Below, one piece after another: positions 32,901 to 48,200 of a stretch of DNA of 64,000 nucleotides. Source of the DNA: Lingula anatina (Eukaryota > Animalia > Brachiopoda); contig CM120642.1 in the NCBI GenBank assembly GCA_051362555.1, positions 25,730,001 through 25,794,000 of the forward strand, in the 5' to 3' direction. A program made the position numbers and the translations under genes. The notes under the pieces are model-generated. The model did not search any database. It saw only the letters and a program-made list of their open reading frames with translations, and was not told the DNA's origin. Position 1 is the first letter of the stretch. Every line of letters starts with the position of its first letter.

Positions 32901-35900
32901 TCACATCTGAAGTTCCAGATCCAATATCTGCTGTACTTGCTGATTATCAGATACCATTTATATAGTTACATGCTATCAGAAAAATTAAGAAAAAGAAACA
33001 TAAGAAACCACACAAATTTCATATAATTTTATCAAGAATTTCCTCTCATTAATCAGTGTATTTATTATTTCATACTACATTTACAGTTTCAACCTATAAC
33101 ACACAACCAATCAATCAATTATTCCATCAATCAATCAATCAATCAATACCAGTTCTTTTGTAATCTTTAAGTGCAAATATTGCATATATTTACCACTTAC
33201 TGCTAAATAACAATGCAGGATTTTCAACATTACTTAAAAAGAGTTCATTGCTATTACATTCCAACACTCAACTGTGTAGAACTATACATGTACCAATAAA
33301 AAAACAAGAACAAGCTTTCCAATAAATCAGCCATCCAGTGTGCTTTTGTGCCAACATATTCAAAACTAAGCAGAAGTCTTGTACATGGTTGCACCTGTAG
33401 TGGCATAAATTACAATGATTATGGCATTCTGTTTACATCTAGTTACTCTCCCATACACTTTCCAGGCTGTATGTCTATGTTGCCCCTGTTTTGAAGTCAT
33501 AAAAATCCTTAAAATGGTCTACTCATTGTGCCAAATAGGACCATTTTAAGATGACAGCATCAGAGCTTTTCTGTCACTTAAAATGTTATGGTATAATAAC
33601 TACTTCAAAACCGACTACATTTTAAGATCTGGCAATTTTCTTCTCTCTACCAGGGCCACAGACTGATTTTTCAACTAGTTTTTCACAAACAATGTCTCTG
33701 ACTAAATATGGTCAACCTTATAACAGTGGAAAATGTGCCTGTAATATTTGCCACCCTGGTAGAGAGTAGCAATTTTCTACTCACATTATATACTAACTTT
33801 GAAAACCACACATTCAGCAGGGGGAAAATGTCAGGGACAATAACAAACAGAGGCATTAGTCTGCCACTGGTTATCCCTTCCCAATTTTTCTCACATTTTT
33901 CACTGTTAATGTGTAAACTAGACACCCAATGCAAACAAATCAGACTTTAGGTAGGCTCCATTTAAAGTAGTCCCAAGCTCTTTATATAAATGAATTTTGG
34001 GTAAAATGTATTGATTTGCATTAATGTTTGGGTAAAAAGAACATTTTTTCTATGTAAAATGCTATCTAGACATTTGAGCAACATTCACTTAACAAGCAGG
34101 TAGTATTTGTCATTAAAAGAAGAAAAAAAAGCTCATGGAATCAATCCAGGATAAAATTCAAGTTGTACAGGAAGTATGTGGTAAATGTAGTTGGCAGTAT
34201 CCTCAGGGAAGCATGCAAACTGGATGGTTTCATAACAAGTGCGCATCAAAACCTTACAACATCTTGAAGACAGTTTAATAAAAAAGCTGAAGTAATACTA
34301 TGTGTACACCCCAGCTGTGAAACAGACCACTATTTTTCTCAGCATTGTGATCATGCAAAGCTGGGAGGCCTACCACAACTTAGTAGCTGTGTTTTCTGTA
34401 GATAATTTACTATTTACTTTTTCAAAAATATATTCAAAAAGGCCCTGATTTTATATTTTAAAACTAAAGCTATGAACGTGGGAGGCAATTTAAGAAATTG
34501 ATCGATTGATCGAAAATGACAAAGAAAAAAAAAATCAATGGACAGATATGTCATTCAAACCATGAGTGACCAGTTTTGGTAATGACTGTTTTTTGAATTA
34601 TGTATTAATTATACAGAGATGAGACAATCACAATGCTTTGAAGGTTTTTTCTTTTTGATATGTATCCCAGTAAAAACTTTTTTTGCATTTTCACACTAAG
34701 CTATGTTTCTGCCATGAGAAAAAGCTTAAGGCACTTCTTTCAATAAAGTTAATATTTTCTTTACACTCTTGCAGCAACACATTAGATTTAAAAAAAAGGT
34801 CAACATCATTCTAATAGAGTTGCTTAATTATTAACAATCTTGATTTTGTACACTAAACAAATATTTAAGCACGCTAAAATGCAATAAAATCAATTTTTGC
34901 ACCACAATGGATCGGATTTCTTCACAAAACGTTTGCTTTTTCTGAAGAAAAAAATCACTGAGATATTAATATTGCTGATTCATTCTCATACTGAAAAAAA
35001 AGGTGTGGCTGCGTTTTTATCCCTTCAACCAATTAAAAAATCACTGGCAAAAAGCATATAAATGACAACAAGATATAAGAATAGAATCACAGACAATGAA
35101 AAAATAAAATCCAATAGTAATGTATTTTAGTCGGGAGGTAACGATTTAAGATAATCATCCAAGAATGGATTAACTCACCTCTGGGGTGGGTATCAATAAC
35201 GGAGATTGCTTTTAAGCCAAGTAGCTTATAGATTTTCACAAATGAAAAAGGTATTTGAACAAAAATAAATCTATCATGTATTGACAAAAGATATAAATAC
35301 AAAACATTTACTTCCCATCGCCAAACATGCATATACCCAGCCTCATTTAAAAAAATAACAAGGTTGATCATTAAATTATAATCTATCAATAACCAACTTC
35401 TTTTCATGTATAACCTCTAACTATGTATTATTCAACATACCAATATGCCACAGGTTGAGACTATATTTTCCTTTCATTTCTTTTAACCACATATTTGTTA
35501 TTAGCACTCTAAATAGACTCTTCCAGCAAAAATTAAGCTAAGCCCAACAATAAAGTTCCCTAACTTCTGCCTCGTTCGTTTACCTAAAATGTGTAGATTG
35601 ATCGTGGAAATTCTTAACCTTTAACAAGATAAATATAATAATCCCTCCTCAACAAAACAAACTCGCATCATCCACAACATCACGGGGTCCACAAACAAAC
35701 TTTTCTCCTACTCCTTAGCTGTCACCCCTTTTAGGTCACCAATGAACTCTTCTGCCACACACTCACGCTGGATCAATATATCAAGAGCAGCTGCTGCTAC
35801 ACACAGAACACAGGCTAACCTGGAGGGGCACAGGAATACTGGGAAGTACTGTAGACAATATATACAACCGGCCACTGGAAAAATATATATATATACATAC

Positions 35901-38181
35901 AACTTGGTATCTGCCTTTGAGCTGAACATCGCAGTAAGTACTGCCATGCCATCATATAGCCGTCATGGTGTGTAGGCATATATAAAAATATACAGACTAT
36001 AGAGTATCTTATTTATGTCAGGAAAAAAAAGTATAGACCTAATAATCAAAATACTACAACAGAGATAAAAAAAATATATATATCTAGAAGAAGAATGGGG
36101 CCGTTATAGTTGGGTTCAATTTAAAATACAAAACTAAAAAGCAACATTAATTTGGCAGAAAAAAGAAGAGGTTTTAGGCTTAAAGGGGAGATGGTTGCTT
36201 GCACGATCACAGGTAGTGAACCCATTATTACAATCAACCCCCCCCCCCCAAAAAAAAAATGTTGGAAAAGGGGTCAAAACAGAGGTAAACAAGTGTCCCT
36301 GTGGATGAAACCAAAGTAACCTTCAAGGGACACACTAAATCAGAATGGAGTAGAAGTGAACCCTGCGTGATGAGACCACGTTTTCTAGGTTACACAGTTG
36401 AATGAGGACAGGCCAAGCCGAGACATCTGTACATAACCGAGACATCTGTACATAACTGCTGCTTGTGGAGCTACCATATCTGATTACCAGATGTGTACTG
36501 AGACATTCAGTCATACACGCTCTCTTGTTGTACTCCTGGCCCAGCTGGGGACAGGCAAAGTCTACGAAAACATTTTTTTTTCCTTACAAGCTCCCAACCT
36601 AAGCTGTGTGTGCTGTGTCCTTAAAACAATAGTTAATTTGTCATGATGCAGTTGGATGGAGAGAGACAAGGCCACATAGACAGGGCAGTTCTTTGTGAAA
36701 TTTTAAGGCCGTTTTGAGACAGGGCAGTTTTTAAGCTTCATCTTCATCAAACTTGCCCTTGTAGTTTCCTAGCCAATATAATGAACTTGCCACATTGTTG
36801 ACTGGTTAGAGAATAAAATGTAAAAATATATTCTCAACTGTCTGTGAAATTGACTTAAAGTACATACCAGATGGCCATTTTTCTTCGTCTCATCTGTCAC
36901 TGATGCACAGTCAATATTACCCCCATTAACCACATTACAGTACAAAACAATTAGTTATTCTTCTATGAGCTAAAATGCCTTATGGAAACAAGCAATATCA
37001 CCAAGTCAGTAGTGAGCAAGATATTCATATGTGCCATTTGGTAATGGGTAATATTTTCTAGAGAATTTGAAGAAAATATTTGGTTTCATAATCTGTTATT
37101 TGTTTTGGAGAAACTAGGCAATGCTGCTTGGCTCAAAATCTGCATGGCCCCTGATCCAACAATGAAAAATAGCTTCAGTTAGACAAAATATGTGAGGTTT
37201 GTCTGGTTTTCCTTCAGAGGCAAAACATTAGGCATGGTAGATTTAGAAGGGAATGAATTATGGACATGTTTTTGAGAAATAAAATCATAAAATTCTAATT
37301 CATAAATCCATCAAAAATGTTTAAAAATGGGCTTCATTTAGGAGCCAGTGTTAGACAAGAGAGTGTTTTAGTATGGGGGTGTGATTACATCATTAAACAT
37401 TTTCACAAGGTGATGACATGCAAATTTTACATCACCACCTCAAACCTGGGACATTAGACAACGTAGTGGCATTTCTATAGCAGGTAATGGTAATGTACTG
37501 CTTCCAGTTCAACAACAGGGCTTCCATACACCGAGATACAAAGCTTATCAGTCAGCTGCTTGATTAATCATTGACAACAATAGAACTTTCCAGAGGCCTC
37601 TCAATCCCAATGAACTCGGTGCATCAGGCAACACAAGTGCCCTGACAGCACCCTGGGTTTTTTGTTGCTTAATCTGATACTCATACTTCATACACTGTAT
37701 ACTAATGTGTGAAGACCCATTTCAGGCCTTAAAGACAGTTTAGGCGTTTACTAACACTACCCGCAGATCTTTTAGCACTAACACCCATATTAACCACTTA
37801 ACCCACAAATTAACCAGCACTACCAGAACCGATGTTGGTGCTAGATATCGCTTTGTTGCTGCTAAATAATTGTACGATGTGTTGGTTAATTCCAGGGTCT
37901 TATGGTTAATATGGGCACTAGTACTAAAACATCAGTGGGTAGTGTTAGTAAACACCTAATTCCATGTAAGGCCTGCATTTAGTCTCTGACACTCGGGGTA
38001 CAAGTCAGGTGATGTCAGTAGACACTAAGGTTTCTCTCCCTCTAGCCACCTGCACACCCAGTTAACATACTTCCCTCAAGTGGCAGACTGCCATTGGTTA
38101 AAAACTGAGTGTTACATAACAGACTTCTTTGACTCTTCTTTGTCTTTATTAAAACAGACTAAATGCAACCCTGTTCAAATG

Positions 38182-38220
<39 letters not shown>

Positions 38221-41200
38221 AATAAACAGATCATTTCATGATCTCTCTATGTGAAGGTAAATTTCGGGACTGACTACCTGCTGGGTGTACTTAATAGTTG
38301 AAGAGTTCACCCCTCTTGCTCTTTGTACACAATCTCCTATCAGACTGACAACAGATACAAGCCCTAGTTTACACAAAGATAGCCATTTATAAGTGACATA
38401 TTTAGAGATATGAAAATGTTTATATACAAATAACCCAAACTGAGATTTTACTAGTAGCTGTCTCTTCATACTTAGCTGTAATATTCCAAAGGTTCATTCA
38501 TTCTCTGGTGTAGAAATTCAATAAGATTTTAGCTACTTTTGATTAAAACATTTAAGCTTATGAATCAAAGGAAATATTCACTAATATAGTAGGCAGGGAA
38601 TGTATAGTGTATTTTTCATCTTTCACAAGCAGTGTTTTTAGCTTTTATCACCTTAACTCTACTGCTTTACAATATTGAATACCACAGCTAAAACAATCAA
38701 ACTTATTACAATCTAGATCCTTACAATAACTGTCTAAGAGACTTGTGACATGCAAAATAATGTGATGCACTTTCCAGGTTTTCCCATGCAACTTCAAGGA
38801 ATTGAAGTGGAAACTTGTAGTATTTGCACACTGCTTGTGAAAGATGAAAAATATGCTATACATTCCCTGCCTACTATATTAGTGAATATTTCCTTTGATT
38901 CATAAGCTAAAATGTTTTAGTCAAAAGCAGCTAAAATCTTATTGGAATTTCTACACCAGAGAACGAATGCAACTTGAAGGAATTGAAGTGAAAACTTGTA
39001 GTATTTGCTCTGAATGGAAAGACATTCAGATATGCACATATTTCATTAGAAAAAAAGATCATTAATGATTCAGTTACAATTAATACTACATTATTCTATT
39101 ATGTCACTCCTTCACAGAGTGAACGAACATCATCCTCTACTTTCTTCACGATATTAGTATTTTTCTCAAATTATCTTACATCTTTGACTGATAAGAGAAG
39201 TTCTCTTCAATGTGATGAAAAAAAAGTCAAAATGGACTGAGTTCTTGAAAGCATCGTATTTATTGAACCTACTTTTCTGAGGTTTTTGTAAGTCCTTAGA
39301 CTAGCACACCGCCCAGTGTTCTTATTAATCTGTTATTCTGAAATTACCTCTTAACTTCTTGCATTATTGCCATTTTCAGTCATAGCACCTAATAACCAGT
39401 AAACTTTACCATCCTTTGATCTTTTCAATATTAAGGGTTTTCCTCCTTTTGTTCAAACGACTGTAGACTGTTAATTATGCATTATAAAAATACAAAGGAT
39501 AAGGCCACCATGAACCTAGAACGTGATCATTTTATGAAGTTTCTCACACAGCTTTGGCAAACGGTTCAATATACAAAGTAATGTGTGTAATTGACAATCT
39601 GTTGGGCTTGTAGCAAACCTTTACCAGCCTGAAAAACAATACAGGAGTATTGATTTGTCAAACAGTGGACAAGGCGTGGAACTGTGCTTTATTGAATATT
39701 TCACTCTTCATCTCTGGCTGAATGGAGGGAAGCAAAGGTCATTGATTCTCGGGGCGTGTGCTCTTTATTAACCTTACAGACCAAAATTTAGTGAAGACCC
39801 CCCCCCCCTCCTCCCCTCCAATTCACTATCTTTTACAACTAAAGAGGGAAGAAAAGATATACATTTTTACCAGCATCTTATCTTTAGCCAACTTCAGACT
39901 TATTTACCTTACTTAGCCATTTTGGTCACATAACTTCCATCTCATCTCATTATCATTTTTGAAAGACATTGACCTACTGTATTATAAGGGAGTAATGTAA
40001 CAAGTTAGTTGCAAATATCCTTTCTTAATGAAATCATATTTTCTCAAAGGCTAATACAATCTGAAATTTAAGCGTGGAGAAAACCATCTACTGAGGCTTT
40101 GCAATAAGAGAAAGAAAATTGTCTTTGGAAGGACACTGAACTAAGGGACCATTCCCAGACCCTATTATACTAACTGTGGATCGATCTATCTCTAACGGGA
40201 TTTCTCACTAAATTGCAATCAACTTGAGCAGTTTAGATGTCTGTCCCACCTACTGAAGCTGCTAGGGGGTAATTAATTATCGTTTAGCAGACATTTAAGC
40301 CACTTAAGCTGAAAGCCATTTAGCATAAATCATTGGAGATGGATCGATCCTGTTAGATCCACCTAGGTATAGGAACCCAGTCTAAGTGTCAATGAACTTT
40401 GCCTTTTTCTTTAAATGCCATATGCAAGAGGTATTCCACCTTAACTGATTTATTTCCAATCAACTTTGATAGCAATTTTATATCAAATCATGGAAAGAAT
40501 ATTTGAAAGTCAACTCCAATCTATGTCAAGATCAACATCCTTTCCAATGTGATCACCAGAAACAGTAAACACAGCAAAGATCCCAGCACAAAACCATTTG
40601 AATCTCCAGTTAAATCATTCATGGTTTTATGGTTTTATGAACTATTTAACGGTTTTTGAACCAAAATTCCCTTAACGTAGTCACATTAGTAAGACATGCA
40701 CACCTGCCTATCATACGTAAAATATCAGAAACAGATGATGACCTGGCAAGATAATAAGAAAGATTATCTGGTAGTTGAATTCCACCTTAATGAACTACAC
40801 CTATTAATTAAAAATCAGCTCTGTGATACAAGTTCATGTCAGGTAAGGTTTATCATAAAATGTCATTACTTTCCTTTGGAATTTGGTTTTTAGACATTTC
40901 TTGATGAAGTAGTTTATTTCTCCTCCTTGGGGTTATATGGGGGGAAGAATGCAATTATATCAAGATTTAGTGTATAAATGCCAGTCAAGGCAAGATTTTA
41001 TCCAGGTATCTTGGCCTTAAGCATAATTATGTTAAAATATTCTATATAATACATTGACCTATATCCAAATCATTGTCATACAACCCACATATGTTGAAGT
41101 ATACCTGCATTTCCACATCTAATTTTTTCACTACCTGAAATGCACCCGCAGCAAATTGCTGCAATTAGTGATTTGTATAGGGGCACAGACAACACACAAG

Positions 41201-44200
41201 AAAATGTACTGACACATAACAATGGTTTTAATATTTAAAATATTTATTGCATTAATATATATTGCTTTAATATTTCTGCCTGATCTTCTGGTTTAGTCTT
41301 GACAGCAAAAGGCTTATCTTTCAGGATGTATGAAAGTTGCCGCCAGGATATTTTGCCCTAAGCATTCTACTCATCAGCTTTTTCTCTAATGCATTGCTCA
41401 TAACAATGGCACATTTTTCTTAGCAGCTACATGAACAGTTACATATTTTGACCTTCTGACAAAAATGAAGTAATACTTGACTGGAGAGTACCATATTTTG
41501 ACCTGGGTGAAAGAGGGCAGTGCTTGAAAACATTTTCACCTGTATGGCCCTCGGTAAAAAATGTTTCCAAATAAAAAGTGGGTTTTCTTTCTGTGATCAA
41601 TGAGTTCGACTTGTCACTGGCAACAACCAGGAGTTCCATGATTGCAGGAGATATGAATATGTCTTAAAGGTATCAGGAAACCATACTTTTTTTGTCTCCC
41701 ACTGGCACTTTTCTGTCAAACAAGCTAGTTTTTCACCAGTTATAACAACTTAGCCAAAATAATTAAGCCATAGGCCCCAAAAGCAAATCAGGCCTCTAAT
41801 TTGTAGTCTTCAAAATTGATTTTTAATGAAACTTTGTAGGATCTTAATGGCCATATCAATTTTGATTTGGAAGGATCGCAAAAGTTTTGATAAGAAAAGC
41901 TGCTGCGAACAGAATTTCCCAAACACCTCTCTATCAAAATGCCCTATTGTTATATATAATTTGTGTGGTGTAACACACTTACCATAAATTCATAATTTCA
42001 CTCTCTAAAATTCAGAGTTAAGATGTTCACTCTCTTCTATACACTTGGGTATCACTTTGGAACAGCAGACTTCTATGAAATAGCAAGAACACTGTATTGA
42101 ATTCAGAGGACATAATCAATGCTATGATTCTTCTCTTTGAGAAGTACAAATATAAAAATGGAATCTTCATGCGCACATGGAGAATCAATCTTTGTCCACA
42201 TATAGTCCACAGTAAATGTGATGATGGGAAACTTCACCTAATAGTTATGGTTATTATAAATGAGAAATGACTAAATGGGCTCTTCATTACACTAATGATG
42301 AATGAATATATAAATTACTGTCCATTGCTGAAATTTTCCTCCTCTGTTTTATATAGCATGGTGCATAATTAAGGCAAATTGAGTGCAACACTGAACAGGT
42401 GACAGTGAGAAAGAAATTAACTGTTGTAAGTATGTCTATTTAATTGCAGAAAGTGAGGTTTCCAGGTCTTTATTTCCCTTTTTTTAGTCAAGTGCACTTT
42501 ATCTTACCTCTTCCTGTTCTGAAAGCCCTGTTGGTTTTTACAGATTAGAAATGAATAGCCAGACAATTAAGGAATCAATACCTGCTACTCCAGTATGATT
42601 CTGTAGAAATTCGCTTTTGACTTGATTCAGTGAACGATTAAATGTTATAAAACTGAAGTTGGGATTTAATTTATTGCTGGTCAGACTGCTTTCATTTGAT
42701 TTAAGCTGTTTTCATTTGATTAATTTGGTTAAGCTCAAGTTCATATAAAGTAAAACGGACAAAAATGCCAGAAAATACTACACCTTGGCACTAAAACATG
42801 TATTTTATGCCCAAAGACAGTCAAGCAAATTTTTTTTAAAAGGACCCCAGTAGTTTTGGACATACTATCATCATATAAAATACATATAGAGTTTTACAGT
42901 ATTCCTTTATTTCTAAACAAAATGAGCAAAAATTCAATTTTTGAACAATATTTTCAGTACACAAATGATTATTTTTATTCCACTTACTAACTTACTGAAG
43001 TAGGGAGAGAAAGTGAAATTACTTCTGTTACTGGTTGCTTGGCAACAGGTGTCGATAACAACGGAAACAGATTGGTAGTTAAGAGAAGAATAATGAAGGT
43101 GGGGATGACATAAAGACCCTAATTAACCACGTCCTTCGTAACTGTGACCACTATCACTTGAATAATTTACAGATAACCTTCATCTGCAGGAACGTGTTAC
43201 ATAAGGGGGGTTGCACTTGTATCACTTGTGGATATGAAGAGCAGCAAAGATGATGGTTTTGTAATCTTAACATCCTTACAACACGAAAGTTCAGTATTCC
43301 TGCAACATGATTTGTAATAGAACACCAATTATTAGAAGCAGTAGATTTCATGCACTGTAGCATTTAACTGATAAGTTTACCCTTTTAAATGTCATAAAGC
43401 TTTAATTCAGATATGTTACAGTTTATGCAGAAGGAATCTTTCTATTGTAATGGATTGAGCAGTCATTGGCTGTGCCTTAAGATATTGACAGAATTCCTAC
43501 TTACCATTTCCCGTAAGGCTACATGTTATTTTTTGATGCCTGGGCTCTTTATGCTAGCCAGTTGGATAGACTTACATTTTGTACTTCTCAAAATGGGTAG
43601 ATTAATTATTTATCATGTTATTACCAATAAAATAAGAATAACACATGTCAAAACAGAGATTGATACTGTTTCCATGTAAGGTCTTCAGATGTAGATTTAA
43701 AAAAATCAAACTGCCCGTTTTTCCATAACTGACCATCTTCAAAATGACCACAAGATGAGAAGATGAACAAAATCTATCCCTGCAATTTCATAATTTAGAT
43801 CTCCAATGGCTCTCTTCTGCCATGATGATGTCTACAGTCTTTATAAATCCACTAGGCCAAAGGGTTCAAATTAATCACCCCTGGCAATCTTAAGACTAAA
43901 ATACATCAGACAGTTTACTGATTGACCCCACGCTGTAGAAAATGCATGATGTAATGCAATCAACATATCATATACCACATAATTGGAGAGGATCACTTCA
44001 TGCTTGTTCCACAGTCCGAGTCCATTTGAATTGTGAAGGTGCTGGACAGTAAAATTTCCCCTAGCCACTCCAGACAATAGAATTAGTTATCTAAGTCAGT
44101 TCCATCACCTGTGCAGATAACATACAAGGGTCATAAAGGACAGTAGTGGTAGGTTAAGGTACAGTTAAGTGTTTTCAGCACAGAAGTAAAGAACTGTTGC

Positions 44201-45233
44201 CTTGGCCTATACTACAGACTATGTATATATATAGAGAAAAACGTCCATAGTGAAAAGAAGATATCGAAGCTGAAAACTATCCAAGACAAACACTGCAGGT
44301 AATACGCTAATGGGATATCAACAGATCATGAATAGGTTTAAATAACAGATGAAAAACTAGACACTTAACCTAACGCGAAATTATTAAGAAAATATAACAG
44401 CTATATTTACACTATAACTAGTTAAATGGGTGTATGCTGATAACCGAAAAGAATAAATTAATGACGATGACTAATATAAGAAGACATGGCTGCTATTATA
44501 ACTTGATTTACCGCACCCAGACAACTATGAATTAAATGTTTCATGATGGCTATCAAAAATGGTTACACAGAGCATGTAGGCAACAGCATGCGGCCATCTA
44601 TCCCACATCTTTTATCAGTCCCTCGTTCCAGTTAGGTTCGTATTAGGCAGAGGAAACCTATACATTTCACTTGTCTGATGAACTTTTGAAAGTCAAATAA
44701 TTGAGGTTCGAAATGTCAGGTGGAATTTGTTACTGTCCCCCATAATGAATAGGCTAATAATATAAAGCACATGATGTCTGTTGCTTATGCACGATCCAAG
44801 TTCGGAACACCTTTATAAAGCAAATACAACATGAGCTGCTTGAATGATGAAATTTTTGTATAACTGCAGTTGCTTATAGGTAAAAATGTTATATATATAT
44901 ATCACTATGGTTTAATCTGTTCTTATTTAAAATTTAAAGCATTTATCAAATCAACAGATATCAGAGGCCATGTTTTTTTTTTCTTTTTTTGGGAGGATAG
45001 GGTAGTTCTATTTATAGGGATGGGATATTGCAGTAATAACCTCCGACTACCTTAGTGCATACTACACTATGGTATATCAAACAGCAGGCTTTATCTGTTC
45101 TAAATAATCCATCACATTCACGGTGGAAGACTGCTGACGCATAGGTTAGCTACCTCTGTGTATGTCTGGCCAACAGAACTGGGTCACAAGGGAATATAAT
45201 ATCATCTGATGGTAATGTCCCCGTCTTCTAATG

Positions 45234-45290
<57 letters not shown>

Positions 45291-48200
45291 AAATCCCAAC
45301 CCAGATCAGAGAATTCTTTCCAGGCTGGTTAAGAATAAACAATATGGAAGTAACAGAAATAATATTTTGGTAGTAGGATGAGAAAAATGTCAAATCACAA
45401 GGCAAGCCATGAGAATATTATCGCCACAGCCTTGAAAAATATGTTTAATACTTTGAATCAAAAAGCAAATCATCCACGAGTAATTTTATAGCACCCATTA
45501 AAACTATACTTTCTGATCATCCACATCTTTTTCATTATCACTTTCCAGATGTGTGATACAATATTGTATATTGCCACAGCATTCATTTCTGTGAACGTGA
45601 CAACAGCAAATGTCCCTTGTTCCTAGGGTATATTATCAAGACTTGTGATATTGACTTATAATTCATCCTGTAGAATATGTTGTCTGTTCCAAGAATATTC
45701 TAGACTTTGCAGCACACAAATTGTGATCGGCTATACTTAATATCACTACTATAATTCATTCATTGCAAACAGTCCGTAGCTAGATGCTTCGATAAAATCA
45801 TTACATAATATGCATTTCCAATTAATACAAATGGCAAAAGAGATGGTTTTGTTACTCTATATATCAATGTTCAGCATCTCTGTAGCATGCATTGTAATGG
45901 AGCACTCAGTTAAGATCAAACCTTTTGAAAAAACTTCGACTAGAACATATAATAAATTAGATCTAGTTTAATGTCAATCTGGCAGCCCTTAAATCCCTTT
46001 TATGATAAAATTACACAGATTAAATGTAGCACCATGACAATAACCTTTTTAGAGCTTTTTCTATTCCCTGGGAATTCTAGGAAATATTCATTGTCTACAG
46101 CTTAAGTAACATAACTGGCCTTGGTCAGTAATTTGATGAAAACAGCTCTACTTCAGCCAAATGAAATATATATGGGGTTATGTTTAAAAAAAAGTGATTT
46201 TTTTGTTGACTAAGTTAACACAGAATTTTTCCTTGTGACTCATGCTCCTGATCACCAAGAGTTTCAGGAATGACTGGAAATTGCAAATAAGGTTATAGAT
46301 AATTGCCACAGGGCTCATAAATGATATTTGTCATATGCCACCACAAGCCTTAGATTCAGGAGCATGAATGCCCAAATTAAGGATTTGAGCCACAAATTAA
46401 TGAGCCACAAATTAAGTACCCCAACGTGAAATTAGTAGACATGAACACTATTTCAGAATGGTAAAGAGGTTTACAACTATTGACCATGACATTACACCTG
46501 ATGTACACTACAGGCATGAGTGAAAGTTTTCAGGATTACGCCCGATTTCAGGATTTTCAGCCTGCATTTCGATCTTTTATTTTCATATGGTCTAAATGCG
46601 ATGAGTAATTGCAAGCTATGTTTTCAGGATTTTCAGTTTTTACAACTTTCACCCACGTACATGTTAATGATATGAGATAAATCAATCACTTGTAAAAGAC
46701 CATTAATGTGCAAAATCAGCACTCTAGTCAGATACACAGTCAGAGACAAATACAGTTTTAACTGAATTAACTACTCCACAAGTCCCGCAGGTCATGCCTA
46801 ACATTAAATCTTGAGTATCACTAGATGAATTGTACTCTGACCAATGAGAAGTGGGAATTTTAGCTTTTAAATTTTTCTAGCTTCTGGCTACTGGGATTTG
46901 CTTTATATCTGGTTTATATTCAAGGCAAAATTTATAATCATGCTAATACATTTTCTGGTTTGATAAAATGCAAGCTGTGGCATTATAGAAAGAGGTACAG
47001 TTAGGATAATAACTACAAACATGTTACTATTGCTGTCTGAAAAGGTACGTATTGTTTGGCAAGCCACAATTGACCTTAATCGGGGTTAGTCATAAAATTG
47101 AACATCATTGTATTTTATCGGAACAAATGAAATGGCCTTTATTACATTAAAAAACAATACCCGAGTAAAGGGACTATTCCAAAATGCTTTAAGTAGACAT
47201 CTTTTTCTCAGTTCTAGACAACAGCTAAACCAAAGCACTTTCACCAGACAAGTAAAAACATGGGAGGTAAACATTCTAGCAAAAAACAAAATTGTTTCCA
47301 GATGGTACTTTTACCACGATGTTTTATCCTTAACTTTTCCTAATTATAAGCAATATCACCTGGAAATGTTAGACAAGGAAAGGAAATCTGTTTTTATGAG
47401 ATGAAACATAGCTTAACATTCCACACAACCTCACAGCAAACCCTTACATAAATCTTTCACCTTAGTCTATTTTAAACTAACATTTTAAAGTAATGTCTGA
47501 AGATATTGCAAATGGAAAATACTTGTGTTTGGGTGAATAACACTAAACAACTTAGTTAACCTCCTAAAAGACTAGCTTTGGTAATTCTACAACGAAGCTG
47601 ATCAAACTATCTCTATATATATGTTTTTATAGAGCAAAATTTTGTTGTTTATACTGTAAAAGCAGATGAAGTGATAATTTTAAAAAGTTGTGCTCTTGTC
47701 AGAAAGTATTATTTGTGAGTTACCAATACAGGCAAATCATGAAAAAAAAAAAGAATTTTGAAATTCTGGAGCAATTACCATATTACCTTTCACAACCTAC
47801 CACCTGGGAAATCTCCTTGAGTAACAGCTCTAATGAACCTCAACATTTAGCCTGTTCAGGTATTTTTGCATGTTTTGTTTACTCTGGGCTTTCACTTCAT
47901 TCATGATTGGCAGGAGAACCAGGTAATAGAACTGTGTTTTTAGATATCCATAACTATTAGTAGTATAAGAGGCACCTGAGTTCTTGAGGGCTGACTGGGC
48001 CCATGTTGTGATTCACTTTATTCGATACTCTTCTGGATAACCATGGCAGGTACGCAGAAAACCACATGGAGATGACAATCTCTGTTGGTACCCTGAACCT
48101 CAAGGAGAAAAATGGGACAATTGGGGAAAAGAAAAGCCACAGTCAGTGCTTTAAAACCCAGGGTGTTGAGACCTCTTGATCTCAGAAATATTTATAACCT

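Noticed and set aside
38000-38226. Possible SINE with (AAAT)n tail
   Set aside because: No clear Pol III A/B boxes or second copy visible; needs a repeat library.
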